From NCBI RefSeq assembly GCF_001194135.2, contig NC_068990.1, positions 73,743,968-73,796,492 of the forward strand: DNA of 52,525 nt, written 5' to 3'. The translations under genes were made by a program, and so were the position numbers. The stretch's first letter is position 1. Every line of letters starts with the position of its first letter. This document shows positions 1-11,628 of the stretch, in pieces. Origin of the DNA: Octopus bimaculoides. Its lineage: Eukaryota. Under the pieces are notes generated by a model. It was not told the DNA's origin. It worked only from the letters and a program-made list of their open reading frames with translations, and ran no database searches.

Positions 1-410
1 ATTTACGTATTTACGTATGAACGTATATACATATATATACGTATGTACGTTCTTACGTACGTGCCTATGTAATGTTTGTATGTTCGTATGTACGAATGGA
101 CGTACGTACGTAAAATACATATGTATGTATATATTTATGTATGAATGTATGTATGTATTTACGTATGTACGTATACACGTATGTACGAACGTACGTACAT
201 GCGTACATACATACATACATATATACATACATACATACATACATATATACATACATACATTACGTACTTACGTACTTAGATACATACGTATCTAAGTAAT
301 GTATGCATTACGTATCTACGTAATGTATGCATTACGTATCTACGTAATGTATGCATTACGTACGTACATACGTACATACATACATTACGTACATACACAC
401 ATATATGCAT
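1..410. repeat. TACG/TACA-type low-complexity tract including a 24-bp tandem repeat x3 (285-356)
   Basis: Runs of tacgta/tacata; unit TACGTATCTACGTAATGTATGCAT at 285, 309 and 333 (first copy has one mismatch). Confidence 0.9.
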
Positions 411-1319
411 ATATTATGTATATATATACTAGCATTATAGCCCGACTTCGCACGTGATTAAGTTAGGTTTACCTGAGTAATACCATCAATTGAGACAAAT
501 TTGTTACCCGCACGTATGTTTTGTAACAGAAATAGAGAGGGCTATCTTCTCCTGCAGACCTATGACACTGAGATCTATCCTTTCGTAAACATGACCAGTT
601 TCGTAACATTGTGTAGAAAATAATAGCTGATCATTTGCGAAGGAGTGTGTCTACAGTGAACACTTGGGATTGTTTCTCTGGTAACTTCTGCTCTCTCACA
701 TGTTCACGCTCGACATTTCGCTATCAGTAGAGCAACGGATTCAGCAAATTTGGAAATTTGTTGTGGAGAAACGGAGAATATCGTTTATATTGTGTATCAC
801 TTACTAAAAAGACGAAATTTAAAAAATTTATTATCTCTCTCTCTCTCTCTNNNNNNNNNNNNNNNNNNNNNNNNNNNNNNNNNNNNNNNNNNNNNNNNNN
901 NNNNNNNNNNNNNNNNNNNNNNNNNNNNNNNNNNNNNNNNNNNNNNNNNNNNNNNNNNNNNNNNNNNNNNNNNNNNNNNNNNNNNNNNNNNNNNNNNNNN
1001 NNNNNNNNNNNNNNNNNNNNNNNNNNNNNNNNNNNNNNNNNNNNNNNNNNNNNNNNNNNNNNNNNNNNNNNNNNNNNNNNNNNNNNNNNNNNNNNNNNNN
1101 NNNNNNNNNNNNNNNNNNNNNNNNNNNNNNNNNNNNNNNNNNNNNNNNNNNNNNNNNNNNNNNNNNNNNNNNNNNNNNNNNNNNNNNNNNNNNNNNNNNN
1201 NNNNNNNNNNNNNNNNNNNNNNNNNNNNNNNNNNNNNNNNNNNNNNNNNNNNNNNNNNNNNNNNNNNNNNNNNNNNNNNNNNNNNNNNNNNNNNNNNNNN
1301 NNNNNNNNNNNNNNNNNNN

Positions 1320-1645
1320 ATCATCATCATCATCATCATCATCGTTTAACGTCCGCTTTCCATGCTAGCATGGGTTGGACGATTTGACTGCGGTCTGGTC
1401 AACCAGATGGCTACACCAGGCTCCAATCTGATTTGGTGATTTGGCAGAGTTTCTACAGCTGGATGCTCTTCCTAACGCCAACCACTCCGAGTGTGTAGTG
1501 GGTGCTTTTACGTGCCACCGGCATGAAGGCTAGTCAGGCGGTACTGGCAACGGCCATGCTCAAAATGATGTATTTTACATGCCACCTGCACAGGAGCCAG
1601 TCCAGCGGCATTGGCAATGTCTTTTCATGTGCCACCGGCACAAGT
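1320..1645 (-). mobile_element. RTE-tailed non-autonomous retroposon with (GAT)n tail and 5' tandem monomers
   Basis: catcatcatcgtttaacgtccgctttccatgctagcatgggttggacg...ctacagctggatgctcttcctaacgccaaccact, followed by three gtgccacc monomer starts; matches other copies in the window. Confidence 0.85.
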
Positions 1646-1654
1646 GCTGCTTTG

Positions 1655-1815
1655 TAAAGAGCATCTTGTACATTCTGTAAAGTGGTTGGTATTTGGAGGG
1701 GCATCCAGCTGCAGAAACCAAGCCAAAACAAACGAGGAACTTGGTGTAGCCCATGGCCTTACCAGCATTGAAAAACGGACATTAAATGACGATGATGAGG
1801 AAGAAGAGGAGGAGA

Positions 1816-1850
<35 letters not shown>
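1655..1850 (+). mobile_element. Degenerate RTE-tailed retroposon, divergent from the previous copy
   Basis: ggttggtatttggaggggcatccagctgcagaaac...cggacattaaatgacgatgatga tail. Confidence 0.75.
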
Positions 1851-1852
<2 letters not shown>

Positions 1853-2249
1853 GAATACATTCCAATGTGTCCTGCTTTTTTATTTAAAGATCTAGCATGT
1901 GATTTAAGAGAGATCTGTTTGCTATTTTAACCAAGTAGCCTATAGAAGTCCTGCATTGATGTTTTAGCATCTTTCTTTTAGATCTAGATCAACTTTAATT
2001 AATCAAATCTGTAATCAGAAAGCATTCCAGTCATGACCATCTCATTTATTATTGTTTAAGGTATGAACTTAGAAACATTTGGCTGGTATTTCTTGCAATG
2101 TTGGTAACCAAGCAGGGACTTACTGTTTGACTTATTGTTGTAGATTGTTAAAGCCCGAATAGATGAATAAGATGCCACAGATGAGAAGTGTCAATTGTTT
2201 AAAGCTTTCATTGAGGCTGTATAATAATATAATAGAGTGGTATAATTAT

Positions 2250-2585
2250 AGTCATTTGTTTGCAAGTATATGCGTGTCTTTGTGTTTGTATACACTTATG
2301 TTTGTCTGCATCTATGTGTATATATGTATGTATGCAAGTATGTGTATGTATATATATATTCATACACACACATATATATATATATATATGCATATATATA
2401 TGTATGTATATATATATATATATGTGTGTGCAATATATGCATATGTATGTGTGTTTGAATGTGTGTATGTGTATATGTGATTGTGCATATGTATTTGTGT
2501 GTGGGTTTGTGTGTGTGTGTATGCGTACATGCATGTGTGTGTGTGCGTACATGCATGTGTGTGTGTGTGTGTGTGCATATGTATA
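2250..2585. repeat. Compound (TA)n/(TG)n/(TATG)n microsatellite
   Basis: Directly visible; source of several spurious ORFs. Confidence 0.95.
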
Positions 2586-2864
2586 AAGGCGAAGATGCTA
2601 TACATTCACCATATGCAAAACCCAGTTGACATTAGATGGATCTTTTAAAATTGGTAGATCAAGTCTGTAATTTAGTTAACCTAATTAAGAATTAAGAAGA
2701 TGGCAATATTGCCAAAGTGAGAGAGAGAGAGATGTGGCTAATGGGTGGCTAATGCAATGGAAAGGATGGTGGTGTGACAATAGGAGGCAGGATGACAGAG
2801 TTTGAAATCGAAATTAAATGTCATTAAAAGAAGCAAATGACAAGAGATAAATTTCAAGTGGTTA

Positions 2865-2897
2865 GAAAGAGAAAGAAAGATAGATAAATAGATTTAT

Positions 2898-2932
<35 letters not shown>

Positions 2933-2998
2933 TAGAGAGAGAGATAGATAGATAGATAGAGAGATAGATAGATAGAGAGAGAGATAGAGAGAGAGGGG
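2865..2998. repeat. (AGAT)n/(AG)n microsatellite
   Basis: Directly visible. Confidence 0.95.
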
Positions 2999-3091
2999 GG
3001 AATGAGGTCAATAACAGACTGTTTAGACTGGTAGATTGACGTTGAACATTGAACATTGAACATAGCTGGTTTAGAAATTTAACAGAATAAA

Positions 3092-3510
3092 GCCTGGCTG
3101 TGTGATTGTGTGGGTAAGAAGTTTGCTTGCCAACCACATGGTTCTGGGTTCAGTCCCACTGCATGGTACCTTGGGCAAGTGTCTTCTACTATAGCCTCAG
3201 GCTGACCAAATCCTTGTGAGTGGATGTGGTGAATGAAAACTGAACGAAGCTCATTGTATAGACACATACATACATACATATAATACACACACACACATAT
3301 GCATGTGTGTGTCTGAGTATGTGTTTGAATCCCACCACTGCTTCACAACTGGTGTTGGTGTGTTTATGTCCCCCCTGTAACTTAGCATTTGGTAAAAGAG
3401 ACCAATAAAATAAATACAGGGGTTGATTCATTCAGCAAAAGTTCTTCCAAGCAGTTCCCCAGCATGGCCACAGTCTAGTGACTGAAACAAGTAAGAGATA
3501 AAAGATAAAA
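3092..3510 (+). mobile_element. tRNA-derived CORE-like SINE (octopus OR2-like) with internal microsatellite
   Basis: Head ggctgtgtg..gtaagaagtttgcttgccaaccacatggttctgggttcagtccc (B-box-like GGTTCAGTCCC), CORE-like ccttgggcaagt, internal (CA)/(TA) tract, tail cagcatggcc..actgaaacaagtaagag. Confidence 0.8.
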
Positions 3511-3829
3511 TATATAAATGCTTAAATTATTGAATTGAATGATAAGAGAACAGGTATTACGTAATCAACTTCATTGGCTTACAGCTGTTTCTGCTGTAAG
3601 AAGCAGAGCAGTTAGAGCTGAGTGTTTGTGCAACATCTACTATCAGAAATAGCTGCATGTTAATGGAGATGGTTATGTAATTCCTGTTCTCATGTCATTC
3701 ACTAATTTATATTAAATCCTACATGTCTAACAAAATATTCTATTGCTTATGTATATTGAGTTCTAATAACTTGTTATTACTATTATTGTGCCTAAGGGAA
3801 ATTAAAATATATATATGCATATAAGATAG

Positions 3830-3992
3830 GCATAGTCATGGTACTATGATAAAAAAAACTTGCTTCTTAACCATATCGTTTCCGATTCAGTCCCTCTGTG
3901 TGGCATTTTGGGCAAGTGTCTTCTACTATAACCTCAGGCAAACCAAAGACTTGTGAGTGGATTTGGTAGATGGAAAATGAAAGAAGGCCTTT

Positions 3993-4062
<70 letters not shown>

Positions 4063-4281
4063 GTATATGTATATGCCCATGTCTGTGTGTCTTTATGTCT
4101 GTGTTGCGCCTTCACCATCATCGCTTGACAACTGGTGTTGCTATGTTTATGGCCCCCATAACCTAGCGGTTTGGCCAAAGAGACTGATAGAACAAGTATT
4201 AGGCTTAAAAAAAACAAGTCCACCAAGGTGGTGCTCCAGCATGGCTGCAGTCAAATGACTGAGACACATAAAAGATTAAAA
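3830..4281 (+). mobile_element. CORE-like SINE with expanded internal (CA)n
   Basis: Same head/CORE/tail modules; long (CA)n in the middle. Confidence 0.8.
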
Positions 4282-4283
4282 TA

Positions 4284-4490
4284 GGATGGCAAGCTGGCAG
4301 AATCATTAGCACACCAGACAAAATGCTTTACATCTGTCCTTATGTTCTGAGTTCACATTCAACTGAGGTCAACTTTGCCTTCCATACTTTCAGGAGCAAT
4401 AGAATAAGTACCAGTTGAGTACTGGGGTCGATGTAATTGAATTATTCCATTCTTCAAAATTGTAGGCCTTGTACCAAAATTTGAAATCAA
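4284..4490 (+). mobile_element. tRNA-derived SINE with Meta-like central domain
   Basis: aagctggcagaatcattagc...gagttcacattc..gaggtcaactttgccttccatactttcagg..aagtaccagttgagtactggggtcgat; family recurs about ten times in the window. Confidence 0.8.
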
Positions 4491-4751
4491 TATATACTGT
4501 ATGTTAACATGTATAAGGAACCCTTTTTTTGTCGAAAATTAGGTTAAAAAATATATAGGAGTTTCTTATACATGGATAGTATTATAATCCCTTATTATAA
4601 AACCTTTTTTTCCAAATTTTAAGGCCCCAAAATTAGAGGATTCTTTATACCCAAGGGTTCCTTATCCATGTTAAAACACAGTATGTATGGGCTTACACAC
4701 ACAAATGCACTCACACATACATACGTAAATATGCACACATATGTATATAAA

Positions 4752-4928
4752 GTTATCTTCTCGAGTCATGCTGACTCATACGGGCTGATTTGTCAGTTTC
4801 CATGGCATATGAATTCTCCCCTTGGATGGGATGCCAGTCCTTCACAGAATTACTCGTTTTTGCCAGCTGAGTGGACTGGAGCAACGTGAAATGAAGTGTT
4901 TTGCTCAGAAGCACAATGCATTGCCCTG
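4752..4928 (-). mobile_element. SINE fragment with V-domain-like core
   Basis: ggatgggatgccagtcc..cagctgagtggactggagcaacgtgaaatgaagtgttttgctcagaa; homologous to 22425-22650. Confidence 0.65.
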
Positions 4929-4948
4929 TATATACATACTGTATAGAT

Positions 4949-5044
4949 GCAGGTGTGGCTGTGTGGTAAGATGCTTGCTGCCCAACTACATGGTTCTGGG
5001 TTCAGTCCCACTGCATGGTACCTTAGACAGTCTGTGTGTGTGCA

Positions 5045-5083
<39 letters not shown>

Positions 5084-5295
5084 CTTTGTGTCTGTGTTTG
5101 TCTCCCACTACTGATTGACAACTGGTATTTACATCACCTGTAACTTAGCAATTTGGTCAAAGAGACTGATAGAATAAGTATTAAGCTTAAAAAATAATAA
5201 GTCCTGGGGTCGATTTGTTTGATTAAGGCCCCTCAAGGTGGTGCTCCAGCATGGCTTCAGTCAAATGACTGAAACAAGTAAAAGAATAAAAGAAT
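4949..5295 (+). mobile_element. CORE-like SINE (internally deleted)
   Basis: gcaggtgtggctgtgtggtaag head, (TG)n, tail ggtgctccagcatggcttcagtcaaatgactgaaacaagtaaaaga. Confidence 0.8.
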
Positions 5296-5354
5296 AATAT
5301 ATGTATATACATATACGCAGATACAAATCACAACACACATGCACACATGCACAA

Positions 5355-5429
<75 letters not shown>

Positions 5430-5994
5430 CACACAAACAGTCACGGGTTTCAGGTGATTTGATCTACAGAACAACCTGCTCATGAAATTAATGTGAAAAT
5501 GGCTGAGCACTCCACAGACATGTGTACCCTTAACATAGTTCTCAGGAAGATTCAGCACGATACAGAATGTGACAAAGCTGGCCCTTTGAATTACAGGTAC
5601 AACACATTTGTGCAAGGATGTCTGTTTGTTTCTTTTACAATACGGCAAAGGTGTGCACCCAACCACCAAATACACCCCTCCCCATCAAACACACACACAC
5701 ACACACAATGGGATCCCTTTACAGTTTCCATTCATCAAATTTCTTCACAGCTCACAACTCTTTCATCACGCCCTAATGCTACAGTAGCAGGAACTTACCC
5801 GAGATGTCACACAGTGGGATTGAACCTGAAACCATGAAGTTGCGAAACAAACTTCTTAACTGCTCAGCATATACAGATGTGTCCATGAATGACAGATTAA
5901 CAGAGGAGTGGAGGTTGAGGAAGGGGGGTATGGATAGTGGTGGAACCTGGAGTAGGAGGTAGGCAGTGTCACAGACTGTAAATATGGATATGCA

Positions 5995-6185
5995 GGTATG
6001 TTGATGATGATGATGATGATGATGACGATGATGATGATGATGATGATGATGACGATGATGATGATGATGACAAAGACAATGATGATGATACTGCTGTTGA
6101 CAACAATGCCAACAAATATGTCGACGAAAATAATGACGATGATGACGACGATAACGATGACGGTGATGATGATGACGATGCATGT
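5995..6185. repeat. (GAT)n/(GAC)n trinucleotide tract
   Basis: Directly visible. Confidence 0.95.
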
Positions 6186-6579
6186 TGTTCACTAATCCAC
6201 ACAATGTTTTAGTGTCCTACTTCGTTCAACCAGTTAGTACAAACTAAATCAAAATATCCTGCAATGCATATTAACAAAATCTACCTAAAAACTCACCCAC
6301 CCACCCATCCACCTAATCCACCAACCAACCAACCAACCAACCAACCAGCCAATCCACCAGCCAACCAGCCAGCTAGCTAACCAACCTTCTACTGTTCTGC
6401 TGAAATTCATTCTAAAGCCCAGTCTTCAAATCCATAATCATTCTTGTATCTTTGCTGCTTTGGAATTGGTAAGCTTTCAGTTATATTACAAAACAATATC
6501 ATTCTTTCTTTCTTCATTTCTCTTCTTTTCTTTTCCATTCTTTCATCCTTCCCCCTTCTTCCATTAATCAGCTTATACA

Positions 6580-7140
<561 letters not shown>

Positions 7141-7364
7141 GCATGCAAATGGGTGATTTAAAACATTAAATCCATCCTAAGGCTTCATGCTGATAGTTGA
7201 GCAGATGATATCTGCACTACTGCATGGGAAGAAACATGGTATTCAATTCAACGTGTTTATTAGTTAAATGCCAGTTATCTGCAATTACACACAGACGTGC
7301 CCACACATATATATTATATATGCACACATATACACACACATAAATACAACCACAATTTTACTCT

Positions 7365-7708
7365 GTTATCTGTTTCAGTCATTTGAGTGCAGCCATGCTG
7401 GAGCACTGCCTTTAGTCGGACAAATAGACCCTAGGACTCAATCTTTGTAAGCCTAGTATTCTTTTGGTCTCTTTTGCTGAACTGCTAAGCTACGGGGACA
7501 TAAACACACCAGCATCGGTTGTCAAGCATAGTGGGGGTCAAACACAGACACACAAATACACACACACACACACACACACACACATACGATGGCTTCTTTT
7601 CAATTTCAGTCTACCAAATCCACTCACAGGGCTCTGGTTGGCCTGAGGCTATAGTAGAAGACACTTGCCAAAGGTGCCACACAGTAGGATTGAACCTGGA
7701 ACCATGTG
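7365..7708 (-). mobile_element. CORE-like SINE
   Basis: Reverse complement of the tail (cagtcatttgagtgcagccatgctggagcac), internal (CA)n, and agaagacacttgccaaaggtgccacacagt head. Confidence 0.8.
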
Positions 7709-7735
7709 ATTTATTTATATTTATATTTATATATA

Positions 7736-8243
7736 CAGGGTGTCCCAAAAAGATGTACTCACTCTTTGACAGACGATTACTAATATATTTTTTATTGTGA
7801 TGTACGGGCTTACCTCGATGCAACAAATTCAAACAAATGGATTGGGAGGAGAGGTAGCATTGAATTTCCTGCATGTTCCCCAGACCTCATGCCAATGAAT
7901 TTTTTTTATGGGGACAATTGATGATTTGAAAAATGAAATTCAAATACAATGTCTTGTAATTCCAAATGAAATATTTGGCAATATTGTTGAATCCATTGTT
8001 GGACGTTATCAGCTTTGTTTGGAAAATGAAGGAAGGCAGTTTGAACCTTTGTGAACAGGCAGGAATGAGAGAGAATGTTAAATAATTCTAAATGACAATA
8101 AATAATCGTTTCTACAACAATTTATTTTCCTGAATTTAATTTAACTTTTTAGGATTGTATCTATGTCAATAAACATCTACTTGAACACAAAATGCATGAG
8201 TACTGGGAAGTCAAAGAGTGAGTACACCTTTTTGGACACCCTG
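7736..8243 (+). mobile_element. 508-bp non-autonomous Tc1/mariner derivative with ~35-bp TIRs and TA flanks
   Basis: Left end TA|CAGGGTGTCCCAAAAAGATGTACTCACTCTTTGAC; right end reverse-complements to CAGGGTGTCCAAAAAGGTGTACTCACTCTTTGAC, followed by TA. From 7811 it reads YLDATNSNKWIGRRGSIEFPACSPDLMPMNFF, a WIGRxG..SPDL..FF(LWG) transposase motif. Confidence 0.9.
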
Positions 8244-8264
8244 TATATGTAATAGCACTGGTGA

Positions 8265-8450
8265 TGGTGCCACATAAACAGCATTTGATACACTCTGTAA
8301 AATGATTGGCATCATGAAAGCATCTAGTTGCAGAAACCAAGTCAAAACAGACAATGGTGCCTGGTGTGGATCCCAGCCTTATCAACTTCTTTCTGTCAAA
8401 CCATCCAGCCTATGCCAGCATGGTAAAACAGATGCTAAATGATGATGATG

Positions 8451-8452
<2 letters not shown>
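8265..8452 (+). mobile_element. RTE-tailed retroposon (one 5' monomer)
   Basis: ggtgccacataaacagcattt...tgattggcatcatgaaagcatctagttgcagaaac...ccagcatggtaaaacagatgctaaatgatgatgatgat. Confidence 0.75.
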
Positions 8453-8501
<49 letters not shown>

Positions 8502-8699
8502 TATATATAAACATATATATAAATACGTACATACATACATATATACATACATATGTATTTATATATATATATATATATATACACATACATACATATATAN
8601 NNNNNNNNNAATTTTGCACATGTGAATTGTTTGTTTTTGATCTTGTCGACTACACAGTATAGTAGGGCCAGGTGGGCACTGTCTGTGAGAAAAACAGTA

Positions 8700-8980
8700 C
8701 CATGACATGATGCACTCTGCCAGAAATTTGGAAATGATATATGCGGCAATGCTCGGCATTCATACGGGAAGCTACAATACAAACATTTCAAAGTGTTTGG
8801 GTGTCAATCTAAGGACAGTGCAATCTGAGGACATGTACCAAGAGTGATAAAAATCAAACATCCAGTCAACATCATGGTCTTTGGAGTGATCACTAGTGAT
8901 GGTGATGTTATGCCTCCATTCATCTTCCCACACAGCTTCACACTCAACACGGAGGACTACATCAAGTGCCTGGAGGATGT
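8700..8980 (+). mobile_element. Internally deleted Tc1/mariner transposase relic
   Basis: HTH-like LGIHTGSYNTNISKCLGVNLRTVQ joined to IKHPVNIMVFGVITSDGDVMPPFIFPHSFTLNTEDYIKCLE, the KHP..VMVxG segment of the Tc1/mariner catalytic domain. Confidence 0.7.
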
Positions 8981-8984
8981 AATT

Positions 8985-9260
8985 TTGTTGTTGATGATGA
9001 CAATAATGACGATGATGATGATAATGATGATAATTTTACTAAAGATGATGATGATGATGATGTTGATGATGAGACCACAGCTGTAACAACGATGATGGTT
9101 AGGTTTTGTTGCTGATAATAACAAAGATGATGATTGTAATGATGATGATGATGGTGATAATTATACTAATAATAATGCTGATGATGACGGTCTCGATGAT
9201 GATGACATTGACGACAACATTGACAATGGCAACGATGATCTTTGTGATGACACTACACCA
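8985..9260. repeat. Degenerate (GAT)n/(AAT)n tract
   Basis: Directly visible. Confidence 0.9.
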
Positions 9261-10127
9261 AGAGTGGCATAAAAAAAAAAGCTGTCGTTCTGATACTCTT
9301 ACCGAATGAAAATTGGGAGATGAAAGAATAAACAAAACAAAACAAAAATAGGAAAAAAATATATATATAAGACAATTAGAAAGATCAGAAAGAGAAGTAG
9401 TAATAATGGTAGGGGACTAAGGGTGGGTAGGTGATCGATTGGTTTGTTGGTCAGATTTGAAGAAGTGAGCGGGGCGGGGGTGGGGGGAGAAAGAGAAAAA
9501 ATTAAAGGAAAGAAATTCTTAGGCATAGTCTGGAGATAGGAATATTTGCCTGAAACCATTATGCCACTCCATTTCACTCTACAAAAGCAAAACAAAACAC
9601 ACAACAAAGACAAAAATACAAATATATATATGTATATATATATATATAAAAGAAAATAAAGAAACCTATTTATAGAAGAATTATGTAGTTTCAGATCTTA
9701 CCTCCATACATGGAATTGTTTTTAAGCAATAATTTACTTTGATAATTTTCTTTTCCTGTCATCAACAAACTATGATCATAAATGCTGTTTTCTTCTCAAA
9801 CGATGTCAAAACTACTTCAGTTCCTTACAAGGGCTTCCTAAGTACTTGCTGTCAGCAGAAGACCAAAAAAAAAAAAACAACAACAAAAAGCAAAAACAAA
9901 AAAAGCAAAAAACAAAAGCCAAATAACTCACACCCCATTTCTTGGAAAAATCGACAATTTGCTTGCTTCTTTATAGTTTATTTCCTATTAATCATAGAGT
10001 CCTTCTTCAGCAAAATCCAGCAATGCTTAGATACACACACACACACACACACACAGAGCTTGACTTGATATTGCAAATAACTGTGAGGAACCCCCTTTAA
10101 AGAAATCCTCATCTTCATTACTACTAT

Positions 10128-10162
<35 letters not shown>

Positions 10163-10190
10163 ATAATAATAATAATAATAATAATAATAG

Positions 10191-10404
10191 TAAGGTGGTG
10201 AGCTAGCAAAACTGTTAGCATGCTGGATAAAATGCTTAGTGGCATTTTGTCCATCTCTACATTCTGGGTTCAAATTCTGCCGAGGTTGACTTTGCCTTTC
10301 ATCCTTTCACGATCAATAAATCAAGTACCAGTGAAACACTGGGGTTAATGTAACCAACAAGTCCCCTCCGCCAAATTTAAGGCGTTGTGCCTATAGTTGA
10401 AAGG

Positions 10405-10406
<2 letters not shown>
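10191..10406 (+). mobile_element. Meta-like SINE monomer
   Basis: aaggtggtgagctagc head, gggttcaaattctgccgaggttgactttgcctttcatcc core, cctatagttgaaagg tail; lies between TAA and ATT tracts. Confidence 0.8.
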
Positions 10407-10445
<39 letters not shown>

Positions 10446-10472
10446 GGAATTATTGTTATTATTATTATTATA

Positions 10473-11081
10473 TGAAAACTCACATCTTATTTTGCTGGGC
10501 ATGATGGAGAGTGTCAGTTGTCCACAGCCAGCAGACTAAGGTGGCACTTGTTTAATGGTCATGCTTCAAGAACCCTGAGAAGAATTCTTGCAGTTCCAAG
10601 CAATGCTGATTTTTCTAGGTGCTCTACCTTCACACTTGCACCAATCTTTTTCAGTCATGTTGGTAGTTGAGTGTTGATACTTCCAAGTGCGTCAGTTACT
10701 CTTGGTATCACATCTACTCTCTTCATTGACCACAACCTTCGTATTTCCCACTTCAAATCATCATAGTTGTTTATTTTTTCTTCTTTCTCACTGATCCTGC
10801 TGTCACCGGGGCATGCTATGTCAATTATCACTCATGTTCTTTCTTTTTTATTCACCACAACAATGTTCAGTTTCCGATGTCTGGTCAGGTTGATGGCACA
10901 GGATCATTGCATCCCACAGAATTTTGCAATTCTCACTTTCGGTGACTCCTCCTGGGGTTTGCTGATACCACATCTTTGCTCATTGTAATTCGTGATTTCC
11001 ACAGAGTTCCCAATGGATCATTCTTGCCACATTTTCATGGCATCTTTGATATTCACGTTGTGCCAATTGTGGGCATTTGTT
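10473..11081 (-). mobile_element. 5'-truncated R4/Dong-type non-LTR retrotransposon (restriction-like endonuclease region)
   Basis: Minus strand reads CPQLAQREYQRCHENVARMIHWELCG...NIVVVNKKERT*VIIDIACPGD...LLGTARILLRVLEA*; (TAA)n tracts at both ends. Confidence 0.9.
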
Positions 11082-11204
11082 AACAATTATTATTATAATT
11101 ATTGTTATTATTATTATTATTGTTGCCGTTATTGTTGTTGTTGTTGTTGCCATTGTTGTTGAGATGGCGAACTGGCAGAATTGATAGCATGCCAGGCAAA
11201 ATGC

Positions 11205-11628
11205 TTCACGGAAATTTCCAGGAAGTCGATCTTAAAATCCTCGGAACCTTCCAGGAAATCCTCCGATTTTCCCAGGAAACCCTCGGATATTTCCAGGCCG
11301 TTGATCTTAAACCTTCGGAACTTTCCCGGAAATCATCGGAATTTTCCAGGAAGTCGATATTATATCCTCGGAACTTTCCAGGAAAACTTCGTAACCTTCT
11401 GGAAATCCACGCAATTTCTTAAGAAATCCTCGGAACTTTCCAGGAAATTATCGGAACTTTCCGGGAAATCCACGGAACTTTCCAGGAAGTCGTCGGCATT
11501 ACCCAGAAAATCCTCGGAACTTTCCAGGAAATCCACGGAACTTTCCAGGAAGTCGTCGGCATTACCCAGAAAATCCTAGGAATTTTCCAGGAAGTCGATT
11601 TTAAATCCTCGGAACTTTCCAAAAATTC
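11205..11628. repeat. 21-bp minisatellite, consensus ATCCTCGGAACTTTCCAGGAA, running into an N gap
   Basis: Repeated ggaactttccaggaa units, mostly at 21-bp spacing, with interspersed gtcgatcttaa-type spacer variants; follows a truncated SINE head at 11162-11204. Confidence 0.9.

Noticed and set aside
750-1387. Long ORFs of about 180-245 aa here and at 14077-14848, 28667-29420 and 31479-31834
   Set aside because: They are runs of X across N gaps, not coding sequence.
2163-2605. Many YI/HT/CV/SL-repeat ORFs here and throughout the window
   Set aside because: Translations of di-, tri- and tetranucleotide microsatellites, open on both strands.
4949-5020. tRNA gene calls from SINE heads (A/B-box-like motifs) here and elsewhere
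   Set aside because: No complete cloverleaf; each continues into a SINE body.
11102-11579. ORFs of 106 and 132 aa with KSSELSR repeats as a real protein
   Set aside because: A 21-bp stop-poor tandem repeat is open by construction; the starts lie in a microsatellite or SINE head.
11205-11628. CRISPR-like array
   Set aside because: No unique spacers between units, no cas genes, and a eukaryotic context.
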